From: a virus
IMG/VR virus record: IMGVR_UViG_3300002054_000060
DNA: 26,242 nucleotides
Direction: 5' to 3' (one strand)
Shown here piece by piece: positions 25,326 to 26,242 of the stretch (position 1 is the first letter of the stretch; every line of letters starts with the position of its first letter). The position numbers and the translations under genes are program-made. The notes below the pieces were generated by a model. That model saw only the letters and a program-made list of their open reading frames with translations. It was not told where the DNA came from and searched no databases.

Positions 25326-25707
25326 GCTGCAAGCCAAGCCTCATTACACCGAAGTAGAGCGCTTCGAGCGCCGTGGATTTGCTGTGGTGCTGTCATGGGT
25401 GGGCACCGACGAGCGCTCTGCCAAGTTTGATGCGAACCCAGAGATGCAGTACCGGCTTTTTGGCGTCGAGGCGATGAGCACAGATGACGGCCTTCGATTG
25501 CCCCGCTTGCAGGACGAGCGCTACACGTTCGCCACGCTGGAGGAGGCGCAAGTGCGCTACCGGGAGCTTGTCGCGAGGCACTGTCACACCACCGATGAAT
25601 CCATGAACGAGTATGAGGAGCCGTTGGAGCGGCGCCACGCGGAGTTGGCTGATGACCCGACACGACCTGACTTGGGTGCTTACGGTGACGCTGGTGCTTA
25701 CGCATAG
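25273..25707 (+). CDS. Hypothetical protein (ends AYGDAGAYA)
   Basis: 144-aa ORF with a C-terminus similar to the paralogue trio. Confidence 0.65.
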   Translation: MIYRDKNERQITREKWLELQAKPHYTEVERFERRGFAVVLSWVGTDERSAKFDANPEMQYRLFGVEAMSTDDGLRLPRLQDERYTFATLEEAQVRYRELVARHCHTTDESMNEYEEPLERRHAELADDPTRPDLGAYGDAGAYA

Positions 25708-25770
25708 CGTAACAACCCCCGCAATCAGGAGTGCATAGTGGCTGCTCACACACCAGAGGAAGCATTGACT

Positions 25771-26242
25771 ATGCACACCGCACACACCGTTGGCATTGCG
25801 CCACCCAACCCCGTCGCACTGGCGGACCCACCCAAACCCGCTGTGACGGAAAAAAGCGCGGAAGAAGTGCTCGAGGGCCGCTCAGTCAGTCCGGGCGTCG
25901 TTGACGTTGTTGGGGGATCCATCGCAGCGCGTGACGCCAAGAGTCCGAAGCGCAAGCCTAAGGCAGAGCCAAAGGTGCTGTCGGCTTTGATCAAAGAGGT
26001 GTTGACGGATGAACAGCGCGCCGTACTGCCGGAGAGCTTGTTCAGCCAGGGAGACGCGGCGCCCAAGAAAATACAGGCCACGCTGCGAAATATCTTCACA
26101 GCGATCGGTGGGCTATGTCCGATGTCACTGTACGTGCCATTAGTGCTGCAAGGGGCGCGCAAGCGGCCCAAAAGTGAGTTCACGTTTGAGCATATCGTGC
26201 GTCACCTGATTGACGAGCGCAGAAACGGTGTCAAGAGCTACA
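25771..26242 (+). CDS. Hypothetical protein, truncated by the window end
   Basis: GAGGA SD at 25756-25760, ATG 25771, frame open to the end (MHTAHTVGIAPPNP...DERRNGVKSY). Confidence 0.6.
   Translation, partial: MHTAHTVGIAPPNPVALADPPKPAVTEKSAEEVLEGRSVSPGVVDVVGGSIAARDAKSPKRKPKAEPKVLSALIKEVLTDEQRAVLPESLFSQGDAAPKKIQATLRNIFTAIGGLCPMSLYVPLVLQGARKRPKSEFTFEHIVRHLIDERRNGVKSY

Larger units (their letters stand above)
1247..26242. mobile_element. Integrated prophage, left arm (lysogeny plus replication/recombination module), SSU5/pHCM2 phage-plasmid-like gene content; continues beyond window
   Basis: Integrase, xis-like and repressor genes followed by co-oriented cobT-cobS-dnaE-uvsY-ssb-exo-recA-sbcD-sbcC-mazG-ruvC-dnaQ. 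Dense overlapping genes and shared regulatory motifs begin right of 1260. Confidence 0.85.

Noticed and set aside
25268-26183. Minus-strand ORFs at the right end
   Set aside because: They shadow plus-strand ORFs that follow the operon orientation (the last with a clear SD).

Overview
Positions 1-~1246 look like host chromosome, carrying a probably degenerate DUF222/HNH gene. From a candidate attachment site at 1247-1260 (reverse complement of a tRNA 3' end, CCCCCTCGGTACCA, followed on the minus strand by a hairpin) to the window end is the left arm of a large integrated prophage. Its gene order resembles SSU5/pHCM2-type phage-plasmids: tyrosine integrase, convergent excisionase-like HTH, XRE repressor, CobT-like VWA plus CobS-like AAA+, DnaE fused to a C-terminal family-4 UDG-like domain, UvsY-like, gp32-like SSB, 5'-3' exonuclease, RecA with a LAGLIDADG intein, SbcD/SbcC, MazG-like pyrophosphatase, three tandem paralogues ending in HYxxxWGxYA, RuvC, a dUTPase-like remnant, DnaQ-like exonuclease and hypothetical genes. 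The most notable non-coding structure is (i) a recurrent 14-bp palindrome (AGTAAG-YR-CTTACT) at many gene starts, (ii) a sense-strand CACTCAC(AC) motif in many 5' leaders, and (iii) a candidate ~95-nt small RNA (24654-24749) whose unpaired segment is the exact antisense of that leader motif. All calls are from reading the sequence and remembered motifs; no searches were run.
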